Shown: positions 16,769-25,591 of the stretch, one piece after another
Position numbering within the stretch: position 1 is the stretch's first letter
How the letters are laid out: the number at the start of each line of letters is the position of its first letter
DNA from: Pseudoalteromonas translucida KMM 520
Lineage (GTDB): Bacteria > Pseudomonadota > Gammaproteobacteria > Enterobacterales > Alteromonadaceae
Reading direction: 5' to 3'
DNA: 32,000 nucleotides
Assembly: GCF_001465295.1 (NCBI RefSeq)
Contig: NZ_CP011035.1
Coordinates: forward strand, 300,001-332,000
Program-made: the position numbers and the translations under genes
The notes under the pieces: model-generated
The model's database searches: none
What the model was told of the DNA's origin: nothing
Seen by the model: only the letters and a program-made list of their open reading frames with translations

Positions 16769-17164
16769 ATGGTGTTGTTATGGTTGGGGGTTTTATTTAT
16801 AATAATTGGTACTTTGCCATTTGTACGCTGGTTAAAATGTAAAGTAAGTAAACGCCACTGGCGGGTTTGTGTGGTAGAACAAATAACCGCAGTGGCAAAT
16901 AATCAAATAACGGCACCCGAAATGTTGCATCAGCCAACTATGCTAGTGAGTTTTCGTTTTGATGGGCAGGTGCACAGTGTATTAGTGGAATATCGCGAAA
17001 AAATGTTTACTCGTTTTAAACAAGGTAAAGCCTGCACACTGTTAGTTGACAAAAATAACCCGCAGCAGGTTTATAATAATGCAATACTTTGGCAAAGCTA
17101 CGGATTAGTATGGTTATTAGCCGGTATTAGTTTATGCGCTTTTAGTTATTTTAGTTTGATTTAA
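16769..17164 (+). CDS. Small two-TM membrane protein of unknown function (DUF3592-like architecture)
   Basis: 131 aa. N-terminal and C-terminal hydrophobic helices flank a ~85-aa soluble segment. AAGGTGG RBS. It starts 17 nt after the reductase stop, so it is co-transcribed. Confidence 0.6.
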   Translation: MVLLWLGVLFIIIGTLPFVRWLKCKVSKRHWRVCVVEQITAVANNQITAPEMLHQPTMLVSFRFDGQVHSVLVEYREKMFTRFKQGKACTLLVDKNNPQQVYNNAILWQSYGLVWLLAGISLCAFSYFSLI

Positions 17165-17187
17165 ACCCCCTTCGTTATTCCTTAATG

Positions 17188-17208
17188 GCGCTGAAGTACA
17201 GCGCTTTT
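17188..17208 (+). terminator. Rho-independent terminator of the 3-hydroxyproline operon
   Basis: GCGCTG-aagta-CAGCGC followed by TTTT. It is nested in an outer CCCCCT/AGGGGG pairing and lies 24 nt after the stop. Confidence 0.6.
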
Positions 17209-17763
17209 GAGGGGGCTTCCATGCGTTTTATTATTCTGTTTACCCTTCTTTTATTTCATCCTAACACTCGTTTACAGTTACCAGGTTAATTTTACAGTTG
17301 CGCAGATGATCAAAAAACTCGCCATGCGTTAAATTACTTCATGATTGTTTTTTATACTGAAGTGTAAACTTATGGGTTGTTTGTTGCCGAAGTGTTTTGT
17401 TTGTTTGACTTGTTGTTAATCAATGACTTGTGTTTATACTAAAGTCTTATACTATCGCTGTTTGCTATATTGAATAACCCCCAGTGGTTGGATAAAATCT
17501 TTTTCAAATTGGTTATTACTGATCACAGCTCACTTACTACGAGTTATCGTAGCTGATCATTATTAGCGCCAAAATAGTTAGCTTAAAGTTAACAGCTATA
17601 TGCCTTTAATTTTTTACTGACACAAAATTAACTAAAAACTCTACCTTTAAAAGTAACTCACTTAGTATTTGTAGTTAGCAACCAGCACTGCTTAGCTAAA
17701 TTATTACGGCTGCATTTAATTAAATGGCGCTGCAAATGCATTTAATGTAACCCCACAACGACT

Positions 17764-19158
17764 ATGGTAAACATGAAATATAACAAACGAATTAAGTCCT
17801 CTTTATCACTACTTTCAATATTATGCGCTGCTACAATGAGTGTTCACGCAGCAGAGCGCCCCGCTGGTTTATCGGATGAGGATATTGCATACGTTAAACA
17901 GTTAATTAATAATGAAATGCAAGCGCAGGATGACGCTAAAGCGAAGCAAGAGTTAGATAATGGGTTTGAATTTAATGGGTATTTTCGCTCAGGTACAAAT
18001 ACCATTATAGGGAGTGGCAGTAAAAATAATGGCTCTTGTTATTCACTTAACTACCCTAAAAATGATGGGGTTTATTATCGCTTAGGTAACGAATGTAGAG
18101 ACTACAGCGAGTTTCAGCTGACTAAAAAACAGCAGCTAAATGGGGTTAATTTTAAAGCCGTATTTATGATGGACTTTGCCGGGGATTCAAGAGATCCAAC
18201 CGCAACGGAGGAGTGGTCTAGACGCTCAAGGCAGCTTTATGTAGAAACTGATAACTTACTCGACAATGGTACGCTATGGATTGGTCGCAGATATTATTAC
18301 GATAAGGCTGTTGGTAGCGTGCATATATTTGATTACAAACATATGCAAAGCTCGGGTAACGGCGTGGGTGTATCTGACATTACGGTAAATGAAACCGATA
18401 AGCTGCATCTTGCTGCAATCACTTATGGTGGCGAGGGCGAACTTACAGGTAACAAAGCCACTGCTGATACTAATTACCAAAACTTTATGGCCGACGTACG
18501 CTATGAAATGGACGTAGGCGATGCGGGTAAAGTGGTATTTGCACTGCAAAACTTATTTGTAAATGATGCAATTGATGAAGCTGGGCTTACCGATGGCAGA
18601 ACATTTACAGTGCAATGGCAAAAGCAGTTAGGCAATGTTGATCAAAAAACAGTGATTCAATATGGTACAGGCGCTATGGCACAAAACCCAGGCGCTGCCG
18701 GTACTGATGGCGGAAGCTTTGATTATGCGGCAGATAGCAGCTCAAGTGGCTTTCGCATTTTTAACAATGGCTTAGTTGATATTACCGAAAAATTTAAACT
18801 TGATTACATGGTAATGTACGAAAAATCATCTGATTACCACACCCTAAAAAGTGTTGGTGTGCGCCCGCATTATTCAATATCGCCACATTGGAGTGTGCTT
18901 GGTGAAGTGGGTTATAACGCTTATCAAACCAAAACAAACGGCATTGAAAATGATGAGCAAACACTCATGAAATATGCGCTTGCATTACAGGCAACAGCCG
19001 ACTCTACCGAATATTGGTCGCGTCCATCGTTACGCTTTTATCTAAGCAACTTTGATTGGAACAAGGCTGCTGGGCAAGAGTCTGGGTTAAGTGTTGCAGG
19101 CAAAGAGGGCGACGAAAGTGCCTTAGTTGCAGGCGCTCAGGTTGAAATTTGGTTTTAA
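17764..19158 (+). CDS. LamB/maltoporin-family sugar-specific outer-membrane porin
   Basis: 464 aa. Signal peptide ending VHA-AE. Matches to LamB landmarks: GFEFNGYFRSG, YYRLGNECRDYSEF, WIGRRYY...VHIFDY and the C-terminal AQVEIWF. The start may instead be the ATG at 17773 (MKYNKRIK...). No strong SD precedes either start. Confidence 0.8.
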   Translation: MVNMKYNKRIKSSLSLLSILCAATMSVHAAERPAGLSDEDIAYVKQLINNEMQAQDDAKAKQELDNGFEFNGYFRSGTNTIIGSGSKNNGSCYSLNYPKNDGVYYRLGNECRDYSEFQLTKKQQLNGVNFKAVFMMDFAGDSRDPTATEEWSRRSRQLYVETDNLLDNGTLWIGRRYYYDKAVGSVHIFDYKHMQSSGNGVGVSDITVNETDKLHLAAITYGGEGELTGNKATADTNYQNFMADVRYEMDVGDAGKVVFALQNLFVNDAIDEAGLTDGRTFTVQWQKQLGNVDQKTVIQYGTGAMAQNPGAAGTDGGSFDYAADSSSSGFRIFNNGLVDITEKFKLDYMVMYEKSSDYHTLKSVGVRPHYSISPHWSVLGEVGYNAYQTKTNGIENDEQTLMKYALALQATADSTEYWSRPSLRFYLSNFDWNKAAGQESGLSVAGKEGDESALVAGAQVEIWF

Positions 19159-19200
19159 TACGCAGTATTAATGTGCCATAAAAAATATACAATAAAATAA

Positions 19201-19231
19201 GTTTCGTAGGCGCATTTAGTGCCTACGAAAC
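19201..19231. terminator. Bidirectional hairpin terminator between the porin and the AraC remnant
   Basis: GTTTCGTAGGC (19201-19211) pairs perfectly with GCCTACGAAAC (19221-19231) around a 9-nt loop. A T-rich tail follows on the minus strand. Confidence 0.6.
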
Positions 19232-19270
19232 GTCAATTAACCTCGCTACAAAATTAATTTAAGCCATCAC

Positions 19271-19498
19271 TTAATGGTTTTTCTTGGCAATGTTTGCTGG
19301 TGGTACGCCATAGGCGTGTTTAAATAACCGGCTAAAGTGGCTAGGGCAATTAAAACCCAGCTCATAACATGCTTGGCTAACCGTGCGGCCCTGTAACAAT
19401 TTACTATAGGCTTTTTTAAGCCTAAGTTGCTGCTGCCACAGTGCTGGGCTAGTACCAAGCGCCAACTTAAATTGTTGATAAAACTTGCTGCGACTCAT
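19271..19498 (-). pseudogene. AraC/XylS-family HTH remnant (C-terminal ~80 residues only)
   Basis: MSRSKFYQQFKLALGTSPALWQQQLRLKKAYSKLL...VSQACYELGFNCPSHFSRLFKHAYGVPP is the end of the first HTH motif plus the second. The frame closes 12 codons upstream of the ATG. There is no ligand-binding domain, and the remnant abuts the 3' end of the EamA gene. Confidence 0.6.
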
Positions 19499-19523
19499 GC
19501 AGGCAATTTTACACAGCGGATTA

Positions 19524-20441
19524 TTACCGTATCTTAGTCATAAATCGCGACTTATATTTTTGCAAATATAAGGGGACAAATTGACCCATTCCACGATTGA
19601 TCAGTATCGAGAGTAAGATCAACGAACAGCCAATAATTTTGTATAAAGACATAGTTTCTGCGAACCATATAATACTGATTATAAAGACCCATATAGGCTC
19701 AAGTATCATGATTACAGCGGCATTAGCAGCACTAGCACCTTTTTGGCCTTTGGTTTGGATGGCATAGCGTAAACTCGTGGCAACTATTATGCTTAGGCCA
19801 ACCCATCTCCAAGTAGAGCTGGGGATCACGTCAGGCCATACTTCAAAATAAGCCGATATTACTAGTCCAATAATTCCGATAGAGCAAAGCTGAATACAAG
19901 TTAACAACAACACTGGAACACGCTGGGCATATCGGCTATTCAAGTTAAAATGTATGGCTAGCATTATTGCCGCTAACAAAAACCATAGTTGAGTACTTGA
20001 TTGGTTCCATTCACCCAAGGCTGATAATAATACCAAGCCAATGATAGCAAAAGGCAGGGAGTACCAAAACGCCGTTGTAGGTTTATCAGTAAAGAGCAGC
20101 CAGGCGAACAGAGGAACAAAAAGTTGTGACAAGGTCATAATAAATGCCCCTTCACCTAAGGTTTCGCTAATAGATACAGCATAAATCCATAACAATAAAG
20201 CACAGCCTAATACACTTCCTACAGAAAAGGCTTTGAGAAGTACAATCGGTCGAATTAGGCATAAGTCACGATAACAAAAGGGCAATAAGCATAAAGCGGC
20301 TAATAAAAATCTTATACCAATAAAGCCAAAAGCGGGTAAGTGTTGAATTGCTTCTTTGGAAAAAATCCAGCCTGATGCCGCTATTATGGTTGCTGTGACT
20401 AATAGTAGCTCTGCATGTCGATGTTGTTTAGGTAACTGCAT
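19524..20441 (-). CDS. EamA/DMT-superfamily transporter
   Basis: 305 aa with about ten hydrophobic segments arranged as two EamA-like repeats. Confidence 0.75.
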   Translation of the reverse strand: MQLPKQHRHAELLLVTATIIAASGWIFSKEAIQHLPAFGFIGIRFLLAALCLLPFCYRDLCLIRPIVLLKAFSVGSVLGCALLLWIYAVSISETLGEGAFIMTLSQLFVPLFAWLLFTDKPTTAFWYSLPFAIIGLVLLSALGEWNQSSTQLWFLLAAIMLAIHFNLNSRYAQRVPVLLLTCIQLCSIGIIGLVISAYFEVWPDVIPSSTWRWVGLSIIVATSLRYAIQTKGQKGASAANAAVIMILEPIWVFIISIIWFAETMSLYKIIGCSLILLSILINRGMGQFVPLYLQKYKSRFMTKIR

Positions 20442-20460
20442 TTAAGTGTGTATCCTAATC

Positions 20461-21198
20461 TCATATTAACCATTCAGCAATACCATTGTTAACGAGTTTC
20501 AAGCCGAATAAGAACAGGTAACATAATCTATAAATCATATGTTGATTTACATTCTGCAATAATAATACGCCAAGCTTAACCCCAATAGGTGCCAGTGGCA
20601 TTTAAAATAGAGCAGTCAATAAGTTAGTTTAATCAAAGTTACCAAGTGCTATTTAAGGAATTAATTTGAAAAAATTAATAAAGCCAAACAACAGTGCCAT
20701 AGTGGCGATTAAAGTTATTTTATCAAGGCTTTTAGGTAATAGATAAATGCTAATGGATCCACTGCCTGCATGGTCGTACTAGAAAAGCCACCAAAAAGAC
20801 TCCAAAACCAAGTACATTCTACAATTGTTTTATTACGGATTTTCAATAGGTATTGAAGGCAGAATAATATAGATGAACTGCCAATCAATAAGTTTAAACC
20901 GATGCTGGAAATCATACTCAAGCTTACTCCTGTAATAAAAACACCCACAAGCGCCCAAGGTAACATTAACTTGAGTAGGGTATAATCAGCACATTCGATA
21001 ATGTAACTTGATTGCAAAAATATCCATAACGCACAAAATAGGCAGTAAAATAGTTGCTGCTTGCATAGGTGAAATAGCTAACGCCATCATTGGCACTGCA
21101 ATAACACCTAATGCACCGCCTAGCCCCCCTTTACCAATGCCAAATATTAATATTGCTGGAACAGCAGTTAGATAAAACCAGGGATCAGTTACCAACAT
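20461..21198 (-). pseudogene. TauE/SafE (DUF81) family anion-exporter gene broken by frameshifts and stops
   Basis: Two track ORFs (20986..21198 and 20715..21017) overlap in different frames. Hand translation downstream recovers further family-like pieces in other frames: ITLIATMALLFGFINFFKLIP*, IALGNFD*, and MPLAPIGVKLGVLLLQNV...LFLFGLKLV. Together they make ~245 codons. Confidence 0.7.
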
Positions 21199-21330
21199 TA
21201 TTGAATAAGCCTTAACAAGAGAATAGTCGTCCTTGACTAAACTTTACTCTACACACTTGATTCACTCTGAGGATTATATATCGCTGTAAGAGGATTGAAA
21301 TGATGTATAAAAAGTAAACCTAAGTATCTA

Positions 21331-22326
21331 TTAACTCAATAGTACGGGTTTCCCACTAGAAAGTGACTCCTGAGCGGCATCGGCCATTATTTGTGCCTTC
21401 ATTCCATCAGTAAAGGATGGACTGGTTGCCGTTTTATTAATGAGTGATGTGATAAAGCTATTAAGTTGAGAGCGATAAGCGTATTCATATCGCTCGATAA
21501 AGAATGGGTTAAGTATGCTAAGACTATCAGTGTTACTGGCAGTTGATTTGCTGACAGAGTTTGGGCGAGGATTATTTGATTGTAATAATCCCTCACTACC
21601 AAATGCTTCAATTCGTTGATCATAGCCATATACGCAGCGCCTAGAGCCATTGATGTGACAAAGTTTACCAGATTGAGTTTTAATCGTGATCATCACACTG
21701 TCAACGTCGCCAATATCAGCTAAATCAGGCGCAATTAGCGTGCTGCCAATAGCGTAAACTTCAGCGGCTTCTTCCCCTGTTATGAAGCGAAACATATCAA
21801 AATCATGAATGATCATATCACGGAAAATTCCACCTGAGTGCTTTAAGTACTTCGTTGGCGCAATATCAGGATCTCTACTGGTGATTATTAATTGTTGTAG
21901 CTGACCAATACCGCCATTACTTAGCTGTTGTTTTAATTCAGAGTGGGTTGGATCAAAACGACGATTAAAGCCAATTTGAATCGGCACTTGGCAATCTTTT
22001 ATTTGCTCCCAGCATTGCCGCACGTGCTCCGTACTGAGATCAATCGGCTTTTCACATAAAATAGCTTTACCTGCTAAAGCACCTTTAATAATGAACTCAA
22101 CATGTGTATCAGTTGAGGTTGCAATCAGTAATGCATCAATACTATCGTCATTGAGAATTTGCTCAACAGATTCAACGGCGCAAGCATCATATTTAGTAGC
22201 TAATTCGATCGCAGCTGGCTGATATGTATCATAAACATAGCACAATCTCGCCTGAGGAGAGCTGGCTATTAGCGAAGCATGCATACTGCCAATACGACCT
22301 GCACCCAATAAAGCAAAATTAATCAT
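21331..22326 (-). CDS. iolG: myo-inositol 2-dehydrogenase (Gfo/Idh/MocA family)
   Basis: Rossmann start (MINFALLGAGRIGSMHA) and EKP motif (ILCEKPIDL). GAGGGAGA RBS precedes the ATG at 22326. The track start at 22374 would overlap iolB. Sits in the iol cluster. Confidence 0.8.
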   Translation of the reverse strand: MINFALLGAGRIGSMHASLIASSPQARLCYVYDTYQPAAIELATKYDACAVESVEQILNDDSIDALLIATSTDTHVEFIIKGALAGKAILCEKPIDLSTEHVRQCWEQIKDCQVPIQIGFNRRFDPTHSELKQQLSNGGIGQLQQLIITSRDPDIAPTKYLKHSGGIFRDMIIHDFDMFRFITGEEAAEVYAIGSTLIAPDLADIGDVDSVMITIKTQSGKLCHINGSRRCVYGYDQRIEAFGSEGLLQSNNPRPNSVSKSTASNTDSLSILNPFFIERYEYAYRSQLNSFITSLINKTATSPSFTDGMKAQIMADAAQESLSSGKPVLLS

Positions 22327-22339
22327 ATTTATCTCCCTC

Positions 22340-23143
22340 TTATTTATTGAGAATCCATTCGTGTGCTGGATCATTTTTAAATATCCATTCTCGAGTAGGT
22401 CCTGCCATTACATTTAAGTAATACAATTCATACCCATGCGGACTGCCAACTGGGTGATAGCCTTCGGGCACCATTACCACCGAATTGTGTTCCACCGAAA
22501 TAGTTTCATCTATTTTACGATCGTCAGTATAAACACGTTGGAAGGCAAAGCCCTGCTGAGGATTTAACTTATGGTAATACGTTTCTTCTAATGAACTTTC
22601 TTGTGGTAGGTTATCAGAGTCATGTTTATGCGGCGGATAGCTTGACCAATTACCATCAGGAGTTATCACTTCAACAACTAACAGCTTCTCAGCTTCCAAA
22701 TTAGCGAATAAGATATTACAAACATGACGTTGATTTGTTCCATTGCCGCGAGTTTCATAACTACAGTCTTGTGGCTTAATCAATCGAGTTGGGTACTTTC
22801 CTACCGCAGGAGCTTTACATATTGCGACTTCTAATTCGGTATTTGCAGTGACTATTAATGTATCTTTAGGTGGAGTATAAACACTATATGGCGCTTTTTT
22901 TTCAAATACAGACATTCGTTCGCCAATATTAGTCCATGACTCATTATCCGTCTTAACATCGGCAAAGCCGCTTACGATCACCATGCATGTTTCATTGTCT
23001 GTACTACTAAACACTTTTTTTTCACCTGCAGCTAACTTGTGAACTTCAAAACTAACATATTTCCAATTAGCTGATTGTGGCGATATTTTTTGGATACAGC
23101 CAGAATCATCGCTATAATTTGGGCGACTGTGTAAATAAGACAT
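22340..23143 (-). CDS. iolB: 5-deoxy-glucuronate isomerase (cupin)
   Basis: 267 aa. IolB-like motifs: SSYPPHKHD, LEETYYHK and VPEGYHPV. AAGGA RBS. Confidence 0.85.
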   Translation of the reverse strand: MSYLHSRPNYSDDSGCIQKISPQSANWKYVSFEVHKLAAGEKKVFSSTDNETCMVIVSGFADVKTDNESWTNIGERMSVFEKKAPYSVYTPPKDTLIVTANTELEVAICKAPAVGKYPTRLIKPQDCSYETRGNGTNQRHVCNILFANLEAEKLLVVEVITPDGNWSSYPPHKHDSDNLPQESSLEETYYHKLNPQQGFAFQRVYTDDRKIDETISVEHNSVVMVPEGYHPVGSPHGYELYYLNVMAGPTREWIFKNDPAHEWILNK

Positions 23144-23153
23144 TATATATCCT

Positions 23154-24023
23154 TTAGCCCCCAGATATTAATCCGGGTTCAGTTGAATTTGTTATATTTA
23201 ATTGATGAGCTAACATAATAGAAAGAGCCTGTACCAGACACATTGTCGATGTTAATGAGCGAAATGAATGGATTTCCGCTTCTTTAACTATAAAGCAAAC
23301 AGTTGCTTTATTGGCTAATGGGCTCAATGGGCTATCGGTAAACACAATAATAGGGTTACCATTTGCAATAGCATAATCAACAGATTGTTGCGTTTCATCC
23401 GCATATGGAAAGAAAGTAATTACGATAAGTGCATCATTATTTTTTATTAACTTAGCTTGTTCATGATGCATACCACCTATGCCATCAAGTAAAAAACAGC
23501 GTAAATTAATGTGATTAAAGAGGTAAGCTAAATAACTTGCTACCGGAAATGCGCGACGGACTGCCATCACATGAATCGAATCAGCCTGAATTAAAATATC
23601 TCTAGCACGATCTAAGTCACTTTGCTTAACACTGCTCTTTAGATTGGCCAGTGCATTGCTATTAGCTTGACTAAATTGCTCCAATAGTCTTATCCCCGCA
23701 TTAGCATCTTCAAGGCTGGTATCGTCTTTAATTAACTTAATTCTTTCTTCATAATTAGGTGACTCTTGCAGTAACTTATTTTGAAAAAGCTTCTGCATAT
23801 CACTAAAGCCACTAAAACCAAAAGCATGAGCAAACCGAATTAAGGTAGAAGGATGAACATTAGCATCATTAGCAATTATTGCGACAGTACCAAATGCTAT
23901 TTCATTTGGGCTGTCTAATACGTATTTAGCAACCAGTTGCAATCGTTTACTTAAAACACTAAATTTTTCGGCTATTTCAACGTTTAATTCATCCAGTGCT
24001 AGTGCACTTTTATCACTTGTCAT
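23154..24023 (-). CDS. iolR: RpiR/MurR-family regulator (HTH_6 + SIS domain); candidate inositol repressor
   Basis: HTH region (VAIIANDANVHPSTLIRFAHAFGFSGFSDMQKLF) plus a SIS-like C-terminus. I prefer the ATG at 24023, which has a GGTGA RBS 8 nt upstream. The track start is 24056. Confidence 0.75.
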   Translation of the reverse strand: MTSDKSALALDELNVEIAEKFSVLSKRLQLVAKYVLDSPNEIAFGTVAIIANDANVHPSTLIRFAHAFGFSGFSDMQKLFQNKLLQESPNYEERIKLIKDDTSLEDANAGIRLLEQFSQANSNALANLKSSVKQSDLDRARDILIQADSIHVMAVRRAFPVASYLAYLFNHINLRCFLLDGIGGMHHEQAKLIKNNDALIVITFFPYADETQQSVDYAIANGNPIIVFTDSPLSPLANKATVCFIVKEAEIHSFRSLTSTMCLVQALSIMLAHQLNITNSTEPGLISGG

Positions 24024-24070
24024 GTTTATATTCACCTTAGACTGAATTTTTAGCATATTGTATCAATAAA

Positions 24071-24086
24071 TAGAATGAAAATTCTA
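24071..24086. promoter_or_regulatory. Palindrome TAGAATGAAAATTCTA (AGAA-N6-TTCT) upstream of iolR
   Basis: On the minus strand it lies in the spacer of TTGTAT-N17-TATTTA. It resembles the GGAA-N6-TTCC operator reported for RpiR-type IolR. Confidence 0.4.
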
Positions 24087-24127
24087 AAAATACAATGCTT
24101 TTGGTTATATTACTTTGGTTTTAATTT

Positions 24128-25087
24128 CTAACGTACTGTCCCTGTTAGTTTTTCAACCAAAGCTAAATTATCAGCGGTAATATAACCTGGACCTGAGTTA
24201 ATATTATTACTTTGGATAATTCCATAACGATTATAAAGGGTTAAAATGACTACAGGCATATATCCTTGTAGATAAGGCTGTTGATCTATTGCGAATGCGA
24301 TAGTGCCATTTTTAATTGCATTTGCAATATCTTCACTTAAATCAAACGTACTAAAATGTACCTTCCCATTTAGTTTCATCTTATCAAGTGCGCGGATCGT
24401 AGGATGAGCTGAAGTAGGACCTACGGCGAGTATTGCATCAGTATCTGGGTTACTACGCATATACGCTCGAACTTTCATTTCTATACCAGATGGATCTTGC
24501 TGTGAATCAATCATACTGGAGGTTAAATCAACTCCGATCGCATCAGCATAACCCTTACAGCGTTCTACAGATGCAGGGTTGGTAATATAATGATTTACAC
24601 ATAAAAAGCTGGTAACTCCTGCTTTTTGAGCTTTTTTACCTGCACCAAACCCAGCCTCATATTCAGGCTGGCCAATATGCATAAGAGCATTGAGTTTTAA
24701 ACTTTGTTCTGCTGTACCAGAGTTAATAGTGATAATAGGTATCCCTTTTCTAGTGGCTTTTTCAAGTGGACCACTTAAAACATCAAAGTCTGCAATTGAG
24801 ACGATAATACCGTCAGGATTAGTCGCAATTGATTGTTCAACAATACGCGCCATATCAGCTAAGTCGCCAGTTGATGGATTACGGTAATCAACACGAACCC
24901 CCATAGTATCAGCCGATTCTTTAACTGCGTTCTTCACTGTATTCCACCAAGAATCAGAATCAGGTGCATGACTTATCATCACGAAATGTTCATCAGCCGC
25001 ATGTGCGGAGAGTGAGGTCATCATTGGGCCGCTTATAGCGATAGTTGCTAGTAAAACTGTAGAGGTCTTTTTAATCATTGTAATCAT
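24128..25087 (-). CDS. Periplasmic sugar-binding protein of an ABC transporter (type I, ribose-binding-protein fold); candidate inositol-binding protein
   Basis: 319 aa. Signal peptide (...MTSLSAHA-ADE). GGAG RBS. It is divergent from the permease/ATPase genes within the iol cluster. Confidence 0.8.
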   Translation of the reverse strand: MITMIKKTSTVLLATIAISGPMMTSLSAHAADEHFVMISHAPDSDSWWNTVKNAVKESADTMGVRVDYRNPSTGDLADMARIVEQSIATNPDGIIVSIADFDVLSGPLEKATRKGIPIITINSGTAEQSLKLNALMHIGQPEYEAGFGAGKKAQKAGVTSFLCVNHYITNPASVERCKGYADAIGVDLTSSMIDSQQDPSGIEMKVRAYMRSNPDTDAILAVGPTSAHPTIRALDKMKLNGKVHFSTFDLSEDIANAIKNGTIAFAIDQQPYLQGYMPVVILTLYNRYGIIQSNNINSGPGYITADNLALVEKLTGTVR

Positions 25088-25174
25088 TGCTTACTCCATC
25101 CTATCTAAGTATCAAAACTTTCAAGTAGTTTGATTGAGTTAAATTAAAAAATTAAAATTTCATTTGTTTAATAT

Positions 25175-25190
25175 TGGAATTTAAATTCCA
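25175..25190. promoter_or_regulatory. Perfect palindrome TGGAATTTAAATTCCA (GGAA-N6-TTCC); putative IolR operator
   Basis: Exact 16-bp palindrome 88 nt upstream of the binding-protein start, inside the 500-bp divergent promoter region. Confidence 0.5.
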
Positions 25191-25462
25191 TAAGTAGAAG
25201 GCCACAATTACAACTCATTGTCAAATAGATTGTTTTTTATTTACAAAAAGCACATTAAAGTCATTTTTTTTACAAAAACATTCCTTTCTAACTTACTTAA
25301 TTAGCTAAATTTGATTTAATTATAAATATTTATATTTGAATAATTAAACAAGATATGTTTTTAAATGACTGAATTTAATCGTTATTTAACTAAGTGGTAC
25401 AGGGTGTAATATATAAATTTAGGAAATCAAATTAAATTATTCGTTTCAATAGTTGATTATGT

Positions 25463-25500
25463 GGAATTTTTATTCTAGATTGAGGGCGGTTCAATCTAGA
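25463..25500. promoter_or_regulatory. GGAA-N6-TTCT half-degenerate operator overlapping a 10-bp-stem inverted repeat
   Basis: GGAATTTTTATTCT lies at 25463-25476. TCTAGATTGA (25474-25483) pairs with TCAATCTAGA (25491-25500). The element is ~95 nt upstream of the permease start. Confidence 0.35.
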
Positions 25501-25591
25501 TACTTCGTAAAGAAGACCTAAAAATAACCCCAGCTATCTGTATCATCGCTACAGATAAAGATAATAAAGATAAACAAAAAAGAGGTTGTAT

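Noticed and set aside
24056-24069. TATTGTATCAATAA near the iolR start, resembling the Hyp operator
   Set aside because: The arms TATTG/CAATA match, but the central spacer is one base shorter than in TATTGTATACAATA. It overlaps a possible start codon in an unrelated, very AT-rich promoter and is probably chance.
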